The notes beneath the pieces were generated by a model. The model was not told where the DNA came from. It saw nothing but the letters and a program-made list of their open reading frames with translations, and did no database searches. This document shows, piece by piece, positions 40,801-51,223 of a DNA stretch of 64,000 nucleotides. Each line of letters opens with the position of its first letter. The stretch's first letter is position 1. The position numbers and the translations under genes were made by a program. Source of the stretch: Ostrea edulis (taxonomy: Eukaryota); contig NC_079169.1 in NCBI RefSeq assembly GCF_947568905.1, positions 21,700,001-21,764,000 on the forward strand, in the 5' to 3' direction.

Positions 40801-43688
40801 AGAAATTAAAGGTCTTCACTTCTTTCTTAGCAGTATGTAATACATAACATGCAATGTATATGTTCACTTTATACTCAAGAGAATTTATCAAATAAGATCC
40901 CTGTGAATAATTTTGTATACATTTACAATGACAAACTTATTGAATGTTCACAGAATTTTATGTCTTCCTGATAAAAATGACAAGACATGATCACGGAAAT
41001 AAAGTCTCGTGAAATGTATCTTAAGAGATGTATGGACCCGATCTCTGGATACAATTATTATTGATCTTTTTACTGTAAAAGGGGGAATATTCACTTGGGT
41101 TTCATTTTCACTATATTCGCGATTATATTAACGAATGTGAAAATAAAACCATCGCAAAGTGTTATTCAAAGTATATGAGGGTATGAATTCTTCATTTGTA
41201 GGGGTTTATCCGAGAAATTTAAACCATCGTGAAATACTGAACCATAAAAATTACGAAATTTTAGCCCAGTGAAATTAAAGCCCTTTACAGTATATATTTA
41301 TATTTCCAATGTTTTTGCCTTTGATATCTCCAAACAAATGGTAATGATAGCCATGCATTTCCTCATGAATGGTAATGATAGCCATTTCCTCGTGAATGGT
41401 AATGATAGCCATGCATTTCCTCGTGAATGGTAATGACAGCCATGCATTTCCTCATGAATGGTAATGATAGCCATGCATTTCCTCATGAATGGTAATGATA
41501 GCCATGCATTTCCTCGTGAATGCATTGCAGTTGTGAACACTGCACGTGTGAGTCTCGATGAATATACATGCGTGTAAGTATGTCTATTTTTTGACATCTA
41601 GAAATTTTGACAGAAATGAAAGTAGGATGTAAATATAAGGAATAAATTTCAGCATTGAAAATACATGAGGGTATATGACACTTCATGCCAGCAAACTTCA
41701 AGACATGCGTTATTTATTTCTTAATAAGACATTAAGTCCAAGAAACACCCAATAAGACCGTAGTGGTCAGTATAAGAGGGAACTTATACTGCCTCGCTAG
41801 TGAGCTAGCTTTACTAGTGATGTGGTAGAGTCTCTCTCTTGATCATGCAAGTTAAGCAATGGCAAGCGTGATCAACACATGGCTGGGTGACCGCTTCACG
41901 TTACAAGACTTACTGCTTTACAAATCTCCACATCCACCTCAAATCCCGTGAGGATCCGGGTTAGAATAGGTCCTCAGTACCCCTTGCTTATCGTAGAAGG
42001 CAACTAAATGGGGCGGTCCTTCGAATGAGACTGCAAAAACCGAGGTCCCGTGTCACAGCAGGTGTGGCACAATAAAGATCCCTCCCTGCTCAAAGGCCAT
42101 AAGCATCGAGCATAGGCCGAAATTTTGCAGCCCTTCACCGACAGTGGTGACGTCTCCATATGAGTGAAATATTCTTGAGAGGGACGTTAAACAATATTCA
42201 ATCAATCAATCAATCATCAACCTCAAAAAAGTTACGTATTAATCTGAAACATAATTACCTTTTGAGCGGCCTATTCCCAGGAAACTGGCATGTCTAGCAA
42301 CTTTCTTGTCTTCATTTCCTGCAAAATTCAAAGGATATTTTATAAAAGGGAAATAACTCTTCACAATTATACTGTACAGTTTCAAAGACTTTTTGGTTTG
42401 AATTTGAATCATATATTACTGGGATAAGAATACTTTAAATTTGCTTGTCAAAATATAACCTAACAGAAATAGTCATATTTCTTTAATCCAAGTCATTGTG
42501 TTATCATCATATATTTACATTTCCAATGACTTTGCCTTCGATATCTTTACTAATTGTAATGCGTATGTGAACAATGTGCATATGAATCTTGATAAATATA
42601 GTACATATAGTAAGGGACTGGGAATTCCAACAGAAATAAAAGAAGAATGCAAATATAAAAAACAGATTGAAGCTTTGAAAATACATGAGGTATGAACTCC
42701 AACACTTCACACCGGCGTAAATTTCATGAAGCGTTAACGCGCTTCATGAAGTATGCCGGGCTTCATGAAGTATGCTGCGCTTCATGAAGTATGCCAGCAG
42801 GAGGCATTGCAGCTCATGCCCTCACATATTTTCAAACATGAAATTTATTTCTCAAATGAAGACAAACAGCCAAAAGTCAAACTGTCAAATGATTTACTGA
42901 TATTAAGCTTGATCACTTGTATATCGTCATAGATTACAGTATTTAAGTCAAGTGGAAATAAATCAATCGGGAGACAGAAACCGACATTATAAAAATCATT
43001 TTCATTATCACTTTGACCTAGATATAAGAATTCTTTCAACAGTGATCAACTGTCCACCCAAAATTCATCTGTGACCATGCATCATAAATATTTTTTCACC
43101 ATTTGAAATATCAAATGCAAAGAAACGTGGATGCTAAATGTCATTATCAATTATGAACAAGCAGGAAAAAAACACTGTTGCATGAACCTTAGTAATCATT
43201 CAGTGTGTCAGTTAGATTTTGCACCAATTTCTTTCTCATTTTATATTTTCATCAAATCATGCTTTGTAAGTATTTTACAGATTGTGTTTATATTCATGAA
43301 TATGCAAATGAAATAATTATTCTGATCCAGTGTATTTTGTATGATAAATGAATTTAGAGAATGAAAAGAAATTATACAAAAAACTAATTTTCTGCCTATT
43401 TAACCAATCTTCCCCCAAATAATCTAAACTCAAATGACACAGTGCTGTATCACCAAAGCCCTATCATTATTCTGTTGTTATAGCAGTACATAATTTCAAA
43501 AATTAATTTGCCATCTGTGTTAATGGAAGACAGAAGCAAACTTAATTACACATTAATATCGACTTACCTCTACGTTTGACCACAGGCTTATTGGTGAAAT
43601 TCTGTCCCATAGAAAAAGTCACTGATCTTTTGACTCCTTTGAAGATTTGAAGACGGTTTTGTTTGACCAAAGGTGAATTATATTCCAT
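13979..43688 (-). CDS. RIPOR: RIPOR/FAM65 family Rho-interacting cell polarization regulator, about 1010 aa
   Basis: Exons in transcript order: 43688-43568, 42318-42259, (35380-35360 candidate), 31240-30910, 28535-28460, 28156-28133, 25878-25825, 25726-25678, 24785-24691, 23606-23543, 23350-23181, 22848-22703, 22532-22424, 21865-21332, 21150-21038, 20871-20661, 20435-20309, 19650-19492, 19098-18949, 17758-17609, 17038-16992, 16838-16755, 16642-16549, 14055-13979. All GT-AG and phase-consistent. FAM65 motifs: RSHSFGG, ERYLKRLEFHLAK, GMAGFARLCPGDVFEI, SVQDALGAFDFL, SFGPLKCRE, LSYLCQTD. The first two or three exons are less certain. Confidence 0.93.
14251..16262. mobile_element. three copies of an unclassified ~600 bp repeat forming a long inverted repeat
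   Basis: Copy 1 reversed (14251-14840), copy 2 forward (about 14915-15620, SINE-interrupted), copy 3 forward (about 15645-16262). Shared gaggcttttatatttc ... tgtgacgtcatgac ... ggtatatcgcagaataatg ... aataaccgtggtagaatt. Confidence 0.75.
15045..15302 (-). mobile_element. SINE-like element (structured non-tRNA head + Meta-like core + (AATC)n tail), copy 1
   Basis: Reverse complement aligns end to end with 24960-25228 and 41944-42214. Confidence 0.85.
16408..16577 (-). repeat. 57-bp tandem repeat x3 duplicating a RIPOR exon end and its donor
   Basis: On the - strand, GTAAGT donors at plus-coordinates 16548, 16491 and 16434, each preceded by GTCCAAACAGGCACTGTTCT-like exon sequence. Confidence 0.9.
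17449..17519. repeat. 25-bp tandem repeat x3
   Basis: atttagagtgatctaccctttccat repeated. Confidence 0.9.
17865..18322. repeat. complex ACAC/TGTAC micro-minisatellite
   Basis: acacacatgtacatttgt / acacacatgtagtcat units; source of several spurious ORFs. Confidence 0.95.
19099..19338 (-). repeat. 58-62 bp tandem repeat x4 duplicating a RIPOR acceptor
   Basis: Each unit on the - strand ends ...tttattttccattctcag; the last one is the acceptor of exon 19098-18949. Confidence 0.9.
19744..20266. mobile_element. PIF/Harbinger-type MITE
   Basis: About 45-bp TIR ggggtcatccata..attgtcaaccattttccaaagtgtgcaaaaag at both ends; TAA TSD at 19741-43 and 20267-69. Confidence 0.9.
23007..23210 (-). repeat. 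34-bp tandem repeat x6 duplicating a RIPOR exon end and its donor
   Basis: - strand unit GCTGTCATTGGGGATGTGTTCAATATTAAG|GTAT; five copies retain AAG|GTAT. Confidence 0.92.
24960..25228 (+). mobile_element. SINE-like element, copy 2
   Basis: tcccatggggattctggttagaataggtcctcagtaccccttgcttgtc ... ggtgtggcacgataaagatccctccctgctc ... gacgttaaacaatattcaatcaatc. Confidence 0.85.
28133..28156 (-). CDS. RIPOR: 24-nt RIPOR microexon (GRLMETDK)
   Basis: ctctgtag|GGAAGG...GATAAG|gtaaaa, phase 0-0. Supplies the equivalent of human RIPOR2 GVLYDLDK before QIK. Confidence 0.75.
28598..28740. repeat. 23-bp tandem repeat x6
   Basis: ggatttattaatttcaatcactt repeated. Confidence 0.9.
32256..32562 (-). mobile_element. 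tRNA-derived Meta-core SINE (RUDI/MetaSINE-like), 5'-truncated
   Basis: Reverse complement: B box gagttcgagccc, body tgtcaaacctaagac, core ggaggtcacgtgtcacagcaggcgttggcatgctaaagaaccc, tail atatgagtgaaaaattcttggaaggacgttaaa...(aatc)n. A short fragment also lies at about 34785-34860. Family name recalled, not searched. Confidence 0.75.
34875..35270. repeat. 35-36 bp minisatellite, about 11 copies
   Basis: aaagaggaggatccgatattttacacaatgtaact variants. Confidence 0.93.
35360..35380 (-). CDS. candidate 21-nt phase 1-1 RIPOR microexon (GLDLSDD)
   Basis: cattttag|GTTTGGATCTGTCAGATGATG|gtaaga; frame-preserving between 42259 and 31240. No homology support. Confidence 0.35.
36385..36452 (-). mobile_element. 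degenerate tRNA-like SINE head
   Basis: Reverse complement gctggttagctcagacggtt... (A-box-like) ...gagtcc (B-box remnant); no intact cloverleaf. Confidence 0.35.
41073..41290. mobile_element. Tc1/mariner-type MITE
   Basis: TA|CTGTAAA...TTTACAG|TA, with imperfect TIR extension (aatattcacttggg / cccagtgaaatt). Confidence 0.75.
41302..41723 (+). mobile_element. unclassified hairpin-loop repeat family, copy A (31-bp array x6 in the left arm, right hairpin arm lost)
   Basis: Shares atttccaatg start, gacagaaatgaaagta, gaaaatacatgagggtat and atttatttctta end with the copies at 42518 and 57221. Confidence 0.7.
41839..41894 (+). pseudogene. 5S rRNA-derived fragment (A box-IE-C box region; SINE3-head-like)
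   Basis: 38/56 ungapped identity by manual alignment to the recalled vertebrate 5S segment CTGATCTCGGAAGCTAAGCAGGG...GGATGGGAGACCGC. Confidence 0.6.
41944..42214 (+). mobile_element. SINE-like element, copy 3, full length with 13-bp TSD
   Basis: TSD catccacctcaaa (41931-43) / catcaacctcaaa (42215-27); (aatc)n tail. Confidence 0.9.
42518..42853 (+). mobile_element. unclassified hairpin-loop repeat family, copy B
   Basis: Inverted arms at 42674-42698 and 42811-42836 enclose four TTCATGAA units at 19-20 bp period. Confidence 0.75.
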
Positions 43689-46600
43689 GATGAACTGAAG
43701 CTCACTTCTATGATATAACCTTTAAAATTCCCTGGGAAAATACAATCCAACACCTGTTTACTTAACCTTAAACTGAAGGTTCAAAAGCCAAGGTACAACT
43801 TGTATTGGCAATGTGACTACTTGTAATTACATTCTCAAAAACCCATTTGGATTCAAATCTGAATTTTCATAAAGGTGTGTTAACACAATTCATATGCTGC
43901 GGTAATAGATCATTGACTAAAGCTTCTCCAGTGGGCGATCCATCAAACGTTTAAAATTCTTTCCCTTCCAACCCAACCGATGATGAAACATAAGTAAAAT
44001 GCATGAATTCTATGTACCTAGTAGAACCCGACCAGAATAGCTTGTGCACAATGATCATCTGATCTGTAACTTAATGCCTAGATTAAAGCAATGATTGATC
44101 CCCTACTTATACAGAATTCTCCCTAGAGCTCCAGAAAAAACCAAACACTTTATAATAAATGATGCAACACAGAAATATTGTATCCAGTCTTACAAACAGA
44201 CAAACTGGTATAAACTCCAGTGGCTGGTCGATCCTTACTCATCTGTCTTTACCATGTAACAGCTGACTATAGATTTCCATTGTTTTTTTCTCCGGACTCT
44301 TATTGCCTACATTGAACTATTACTGGATACTAAAAAGAAGTTTCTTTGATGTATTTCTATAAGCTTAACATTAACACACATTAAATTCTATGATAAAATA
44401 AAATTCAGAGAAGATTTTCTGCTTTATATCAAAAGGTAAATAAGTACCCACGGTTGAAAACAAGTAAAAGCTACCTGTTAATGATATCTCCACTGATAAA
44501 ATTTTTAAGTTATCCAACGATTCATAAAATCCAGACAGGTTAACACAGGGGTCCCACAGCTTCTGTGTAATAAACCTCGTATCACAATCCCTTTGTAATC
44601 AGTCGGAATCCTTTCTCCCAATTATTAATCTCCAATCTTTAGTATCTTTAAAACCCGAAATCCTACATGTTCCCTTAAAGCTGTTTTTCAAGAAAAATAT
44701 TTTAAGTTAATTAAATTGTTCATCTGCTAGGAATTTTTCTCCAATGTAACAAATGCAACCACCATTCCACCTGTTGTACAATGAAATCACTCTGGCAAAG
44801 AGGTTTTAAGTCTTCGTGGTACTTAAAGGCTGTTTTTGGGATGGATAGGGAGAGTTGGGGCGATTCACAAAGTAGCACTGTCGATTTAATCAGATCACAA
44901 CAATAATAAACCTCCTATTGAAAATTATCACTGTGGACCAATGGTGAATAAATATTGCTCATATCACAAAAAGGGCACCTTAATCAGGTGAAAAGGAGGG
45001 AGGCACAATGGGAACACAAGGTCAAAGGTTAATAGAATTCCACTCACTCCATCAAAAAGGTTGATTGATTTAAAGGCATACTGAATCTCAATGTTAAAGA
45101 ATGGTGTTTTGTGCCATTTGAAATTGATGACTGTGAAATTTTCCATACATGTTTTTATTAAGTAATTTCATCTTTTTATTTACATGTATCTCTTCAGAGG
45201 ACAATTAAACTACTACTGCACTCAATGCGGATAGAAAAAAAAAAGGTCTGTCAGTGAGTTTGCACTTCATGTTTTAAAATTTGATCCTCAAAATCTTCAT
45301 CCCATAGACATCTCTGAAATCCATACAAGGAATTTTAAAAGTGCTCTTTTTAATATGTTCTCTATAACATGGACTTTCACATGCATCTACACACAAGGAC
45401 ATATAACAGGGTAAGTCACTCTCACTGCACACCTGCAATATCGTGTTTCAAACATATCTGACCATATGTATTACTGTTCAGTAATCATAGTGGAAATCCT
45501 TTGAAAATCATTTGATATATCATTGATGGCTTCCTGATATTTTCACTGACCCTTTAATTTGGTATAGGTTTTTATGATAAAATGTTCTCAATCTTGTCTG
45601 ACAGCAGTTCAATGGCTATTGAATTAAAGCAGTACACTATATATATATATACATCATCGTAATAATGGCTGACTTCTGTTCAAAATAAAAAACATGATAA
45701 TCGCCTTTAATATTCTGTTGCCTGGCTCACTTCGTGTATTGAAGAGGAATTAGTCTGTCGACCTTTTTTAACTTGATCAAGAGTTTGAGTCCCAGTAATT
45801 TTTCAATAAAATTGCAGCTAGAAGTTTTTTCAAAGTTTCGAATCTCAAAACATTATTGTATACATTTTTCATTTAAATAACCTTCTGTATGTGTTTTAGT
45901 TTTTCCTCCTATACTAAATGGGACTCATTTGATCTTGTTCTGTGAGTTAGTACTGGTTTTCACATTGTGAACCGTGTAATGACCCTGACCTCATGATCTT
46001 TTGCATCACCAACCAGTGACCTTCAATCTCATTACTCATCCAGATATCATTCTTAACTAGACACTATCTTTCCATTTTAACATGTTGGACAATTATTCTA
46101 AAGAATATATAGTTTGAATTGACTATTTGTTAGGAATTGGCACTTACTTGAGTGGGTTCATTGTTTAACTGATTAATGCCCTTTATGATTTTAGAAAGAA
46201 CAAAAAAAATCAACATTGGAAGAACATATTGTGACAAAAACCATTTCGTCAAGGGGTTGCTTGAACAAATTACACTAATATATCTTTATTCGTTTCAACA
46301 AAGATTTTGAATTTTACAGGGTTATCACCAGCAAATTTAATTGCATCATAGGAATATTTTTTTTTTTATTTATTTTTTTTTATACAACAGTTGATGACAA
46401 TCCATTACACAAGACATATATTAGTGGAGTACATGAATTAGCACAACAGGCTTGCAAGAAAAATGAGTTCATCACAGACAGGACAGTGCTACAATTTTAA
46501 TGATCTTTTTTTAGCCCTGTCAATAACTCTCCTACTGTTCACCATATGTACAAATATAAGAAGTATTTTTACCCTCTGTACACTAAAATACACCTCACTC

Positions 46601-49600
46601 AATTCAAGGCAATTCTTGGAAAATATTTAAGAGGAATCTAAGACAGAGTTATCTCTCTTGTTTTATCAAAGAGGCAACTATTAAGCACTTGCATGTGTAT
46701 TATATTTATATAAATATTCTTTCAAAACTGTTTGTAATGACAGTACAGATCAATGACAGTTCTATTAATAGCTAACACACTGAAAAATGTACGGAAAATA
46801 CCAGCTATCAATAGCATCTGATTAAAACGTCAATATTTGCACGATTCGACTTTCTTTGAAGTGAGATAAATTGTGTATTGGAGTAATATATAAGGTTCAT
46901 CTGTGCCATTTAACCCTAAATAAGCATTTTCACTTCAAAACTAAATTTAAGTTCCTGTACCCAGAGTGGAAGGTTGTATTACAGTCAATATTGACACACT
47001 GTGAGTGCTGCACCGAGTTCTGTGACAGTGCCTGTGTTTGTATTCCTAAGAGATAGTAAAGATTGCTGGCTATTTATTTTTTAAATAAGTATAAATTCCT
47101 TTTCCTCCATATCTGACCTATAACCAGAATTAATTTTCATCCCTACCGTGTACTGGTAATTATATACTAGAACACCTAGCTAAGTTATGACATTCAAAGC
47201 ATATGCCTCTGTGACATTAAGCACTCAGGTAGACAAATATGTCATAAAGGGGGGCAGTATTTAAACAGTCTCTTCCTATCCTGTATTTCCTCACACAAAG
47301 ACAAGGAAATAAATGAAGTTTAGCATTAAATCAAATGTCCTGTTGAGAATATACATGTAAGATTTACAAATGTTCTTGAACTGTGCAGGTTTGCCCATAA
47401 CCAAAATGAAGAGGTTTTCAACAACTCTGACATGCACATACTCTCATCTTTCTGCAGTTGGAGTATGAACCATAATATACACAAGCAATTACACTGTTTT
47501 ATAATATCACCAGGAGACCCCGATTTTGTAAAGGGGATGGGGTGTCCCAGTGGCTCCAGTCATATAACCAGCCAATAAAAGAAGGTAATGAACTTGTGTT
47601 GTCAATATTTGATGACAAAATCATATTCCCATACATAAACATGTCAGTGAGGGAGATGATTTGAACAGTGGCCAAATTCACTCTTAAACCACTGCCAATC
47701 TGCGATATCGAGATAGCTGCAGCTTCTCCCAGTTTGTTTGAACAGTTTATCTATGTGAAGATAATACATAGAGTTCCCTTTCCCTCTATCAATTTATGAT
47801 ATTGTCTACACAGTCTTGATAAACTTATATTGATGTCCGGTCACCATTAAAGGAGTCAAGGTTAAATTGTCAGTGTGTAAAACTACCCTTGGAAATCCTA
47901 GCTCTTCAAACTATTTTGTAAATGACTATTCTCAAATTTCAAATGACTTGTTACTTTCTCACATTACAATGTTCAATACACTGTAAACCATATTCTGTAA
48001 GGAAATCAATGTCTTATTTTAATCTTAAGAGTACAATGTAGTTATAAATAATGCTGGTAAACCGTATGTTTAATAAAATCACAGTAAAAAAGATGTATGC
48101 ATTCTTGCAGATATACCAGAGTTACTTCCCTTAGATTGCATTTTAACACCCTGGACAGATATCAATTCAAATTTTTCTCACTCATTCATGTTCTCAGATC
48201 AAAAATAATTTATGCAAAAACTTTAGTTAGAATTCATTAAAATTTGATTTCTATCTTCTATGGCACCTTAACACATACCACTAGCCTATGTATATTTTTA
48301 TGTAACCCATGCAGTCTTATTCATTTCTCAGAATACACCTGTTTAATTCACCTTTTGAATAAACAAAACTCTCATAATTCCCAAACATCACACATAACAG
48401 CAAATTAAAGATCACAACACAACTCAAACATGCATGCATGCGCATTTAACAAAGATAAGGCATGATGTCAATATTCACAGGAAATCGAGAGGATAACTAA
48501 AACTATAGCGATAGTCTGGGCTCATTCTAAAGGAAAATTGAAACTTGCCTGGTCTGATGGGAATGATTACAAGATCATTAGGAATGTAGTCCTTCCAGCT
48601 CACCGTCTTGGGAAATGTGGGCCAGTCCCTAGACATCATTAAGTGGGGTACCAACCCATCACCAGTGTGAGAGTCCTCCTTCAGAGTCAGGTGTTGCTGC
48701 ACTCAGTCTCCACACTCTGTGGACACTTTGTTCTGTCCCATGTCTCCGTTTATGTCTCCAAGTTTATTCTGTACACACAAAAATAATAGCTTTTAATCTG
48801 TTGAAGATAAGTTGTGAGAATCTCTTATTGCAGGGTTTATCTGGTATCCTGAGTTCCAGACAAATTGTTTGTTGTGGGTGATGGGAGAGGTGCCAGATTT
48901 GTCCCAGTCACTAATTGGATGCTGTTGGGCGAAAACTCACTTATCATTTGTGTATCACTGCATAGATAAATAGGTATGGGTAGAAACAATGGGTCCTGGA
49001 GTGCGTTCTCAGCTTTGTAAATTAATGAATGCTAAAAGCAAATTTATTCTTAAAATGTAGATAAATATAATATGGCATATCAACAGCTAGTTTGCATGAG
49101 TCTTCATCAAAACTTTCCTGAGGAACCAAATGATGTTTTCATATAATGACTGTTCCAAATCAAACTTTCCATGTGTCAAGACAGTTTTTTTAGTGGATTG
49201 TAAATTCTACTAGAAGCTCCCTCCCCCTGAATATAGATCAAACACCACATGTCAATATGAATGGCCTATATTTCCCTGAATACAATGTTCTCCTTGATTC
49301 ATGACACCAATACTATGAGTATATAGAACACTTAATGTAATCTGAGGAATTTTTGATCTAATAATTATTTGATATTTTTCATCATATAGAGAGCATCCAG
49401 GTTTTTACAGAGCCATAAAAGTCTGCAATGTAAATGCCCAGGGATTATCATGTTTGTAAATATGTCAGAGCTTTTCACAAATATGAAAACAGACTGAAAC
49501 ACTTTGTCTGCTAGCAAAAATGTAAAATATGAAACGTGTAAAAACAAAAAAAGTTATACCAGAATTAATATAAAAAAATATGCTTGTTCCTGGTCTTTGC

Positions 49601-49620
49601 TTTAAGAAATGGACCTATAA

Positions 49621-50054
49621 GGCCAAAAAAAAAAAAAATTATATGGTGGTTTCCACTTTCCCTACCTACCCTAAAAATTTCTGCCAACCCCAACACATTT
49701 TTTTCCATTCTCACAGATTTTGCAAATGTCATCACTACAACAAGAGTACGTTTATTGACTTATCTATTAAGTATTTATTATGCACTAATACTAGACAGAT
49801 TCCAAAACACAGAAACAGTTTTTGTTTACAGTAAAGTGAAGAAATGTATTGATTCATCATAATTATAAATTTTATTTAATCACTACATGTTATATTAATC
49901 ACTTTATTTCTTGCATTACATATAGTAGAATACTAAATCATTAGAAAATTATTCAACCTATAAAATAAAAAAATTAAAAAAAAAAAAAACCCACTTACCG
50001 ACCCTTAAAAATTTTGCGGTGAAAGTGGAAACCAACATAAATTTTTTTTTGGCC
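49621..50054. mobile_element. PIF/Harbinger-type MITE (second family)
   Basis: TIR ggccaaaaaaaa..ttat.tggtttccactttc at both ends; TAA TSD at 49618-20 and 50055-57. Confidence 0.88.
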
Positions 50055-51159
50055 TAAGCAAGCTCAATCTGCTTTACCATGCAACAATTTTTAATCAAAT
50101 TTTACGTCAAACTTACAACTCCATTTTCAGTATATACTTTTAACGATTTCTATCAGTCGATCATTCCATGCTTCCAGCATATTCTATTTCCAGGTGTTAG
50201 TAAAACTGCTTCATTTACTTCTAATATTGTCAGTATTGATCAATATTGTGTATTTAGTATTCTACACTTTATGTTGGGTAAATTTTACATGAAGTAACAG
50301 GAGTAAAAAATAAACAAAAAAATAATCTGCATGTATTTAGTGTGTATATATCCAACTACCAAGCAAATACAATCATCACTCCATTTCTCAGTTAACATAG
50401 TAATTATGATTTTAACAGAAAGTCCGGGATATTAATGAAACCACAAGCCTGATGGTCTTGTATATACATGTATATAATATTTTTACACACCCAGGCAACT
50501 TTAATTTTACTCAACTTGGTGTTCAGGCCAGTGGCTAATTTTTAAAATTGTAAAATTGAACATAATTTGCCAGGCTTCAAAATCCAAAATTTGTATCATT
50601 TCTTTAAAATACTTAATTTGTTCATATTCTCCTCTTAATCTGTCCCACTGTTTAAAACTGCAACTAAAGCTTTATGAAGAAAATAGTTCATGGCTAAGAA
50701 CTATATACAGTACCTCTCTGGAAAAAAAAACTACCAGAGTTCCGTCTATAGTATTCAATTTCTTCCCAAAGCGCTGGTTATGCAGCATTTTCCTATTTTC
50801 ATTTTTCTCATTTAGCTGCACATGCATGCATTTCTGAATCTGTCTATGTCTTTTAGTCATGTTTTTAATTAGTATAAAATATACTCTAAATCTCAGATTA
50901 TTAATAGTCACAAGAAGCATCTTGCATGTACAAGAATGTAATTATAAAATATTGACACTTCTCAAGTTTGACTACCCTCTGTCTTCAGACAATATTGGTG
51001 TGATAGGATCATAGTCATCAAGTAATGAACTCAAAATGTGAACACCTCTTCATCCCCATATCTACCTTGGGTTGTCGGGTTTTTTTTTTTATTTCACAGA
51101 GCAAGGAACGACAACTCTGAGTAGAGGACTTCGGATATCGGGCTCGACATTCCAGATAA

Positions 51160-51187
51160 AATCAAGATGGCAGCGCCCTGGTGATAA
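51160..51187 (+). promoter_or_regulatory. YY1-like CAAGATGGC motif upstream of TAF8, also forming a 5-codon uORF (MAAPW*)
   Basis: aatcaagATGGCAGCGCCCTGGTGATAA; ATG at 51167, TGA at 51182, 57 nt upstream of the TAF8 ATG. Confidence 0.5.
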
Positions 51188-51223
51188 AAAGAAAATAATT
51201 AGAAATAAAATATCTCTTTAAAA

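Noticed and set aside
41944-42015. Canonical HDV-like, pistol or twister fold for the SINE head
   Set aside because: A P3/L3-like GGT-CCTCAGT-ACC and a CTAA are present, but no P2 partner or P1.1 GG fits. The pistol P2 segment and twister P2 are missing. No known class is assigned; only the pseudoknot is reported.
43980-44061. Box C/D snoRNA (ATGATGA ... CTGA)
   Set aside because: No terminal stem, C' directly abuts D, and it is antisense to the only plausible host.
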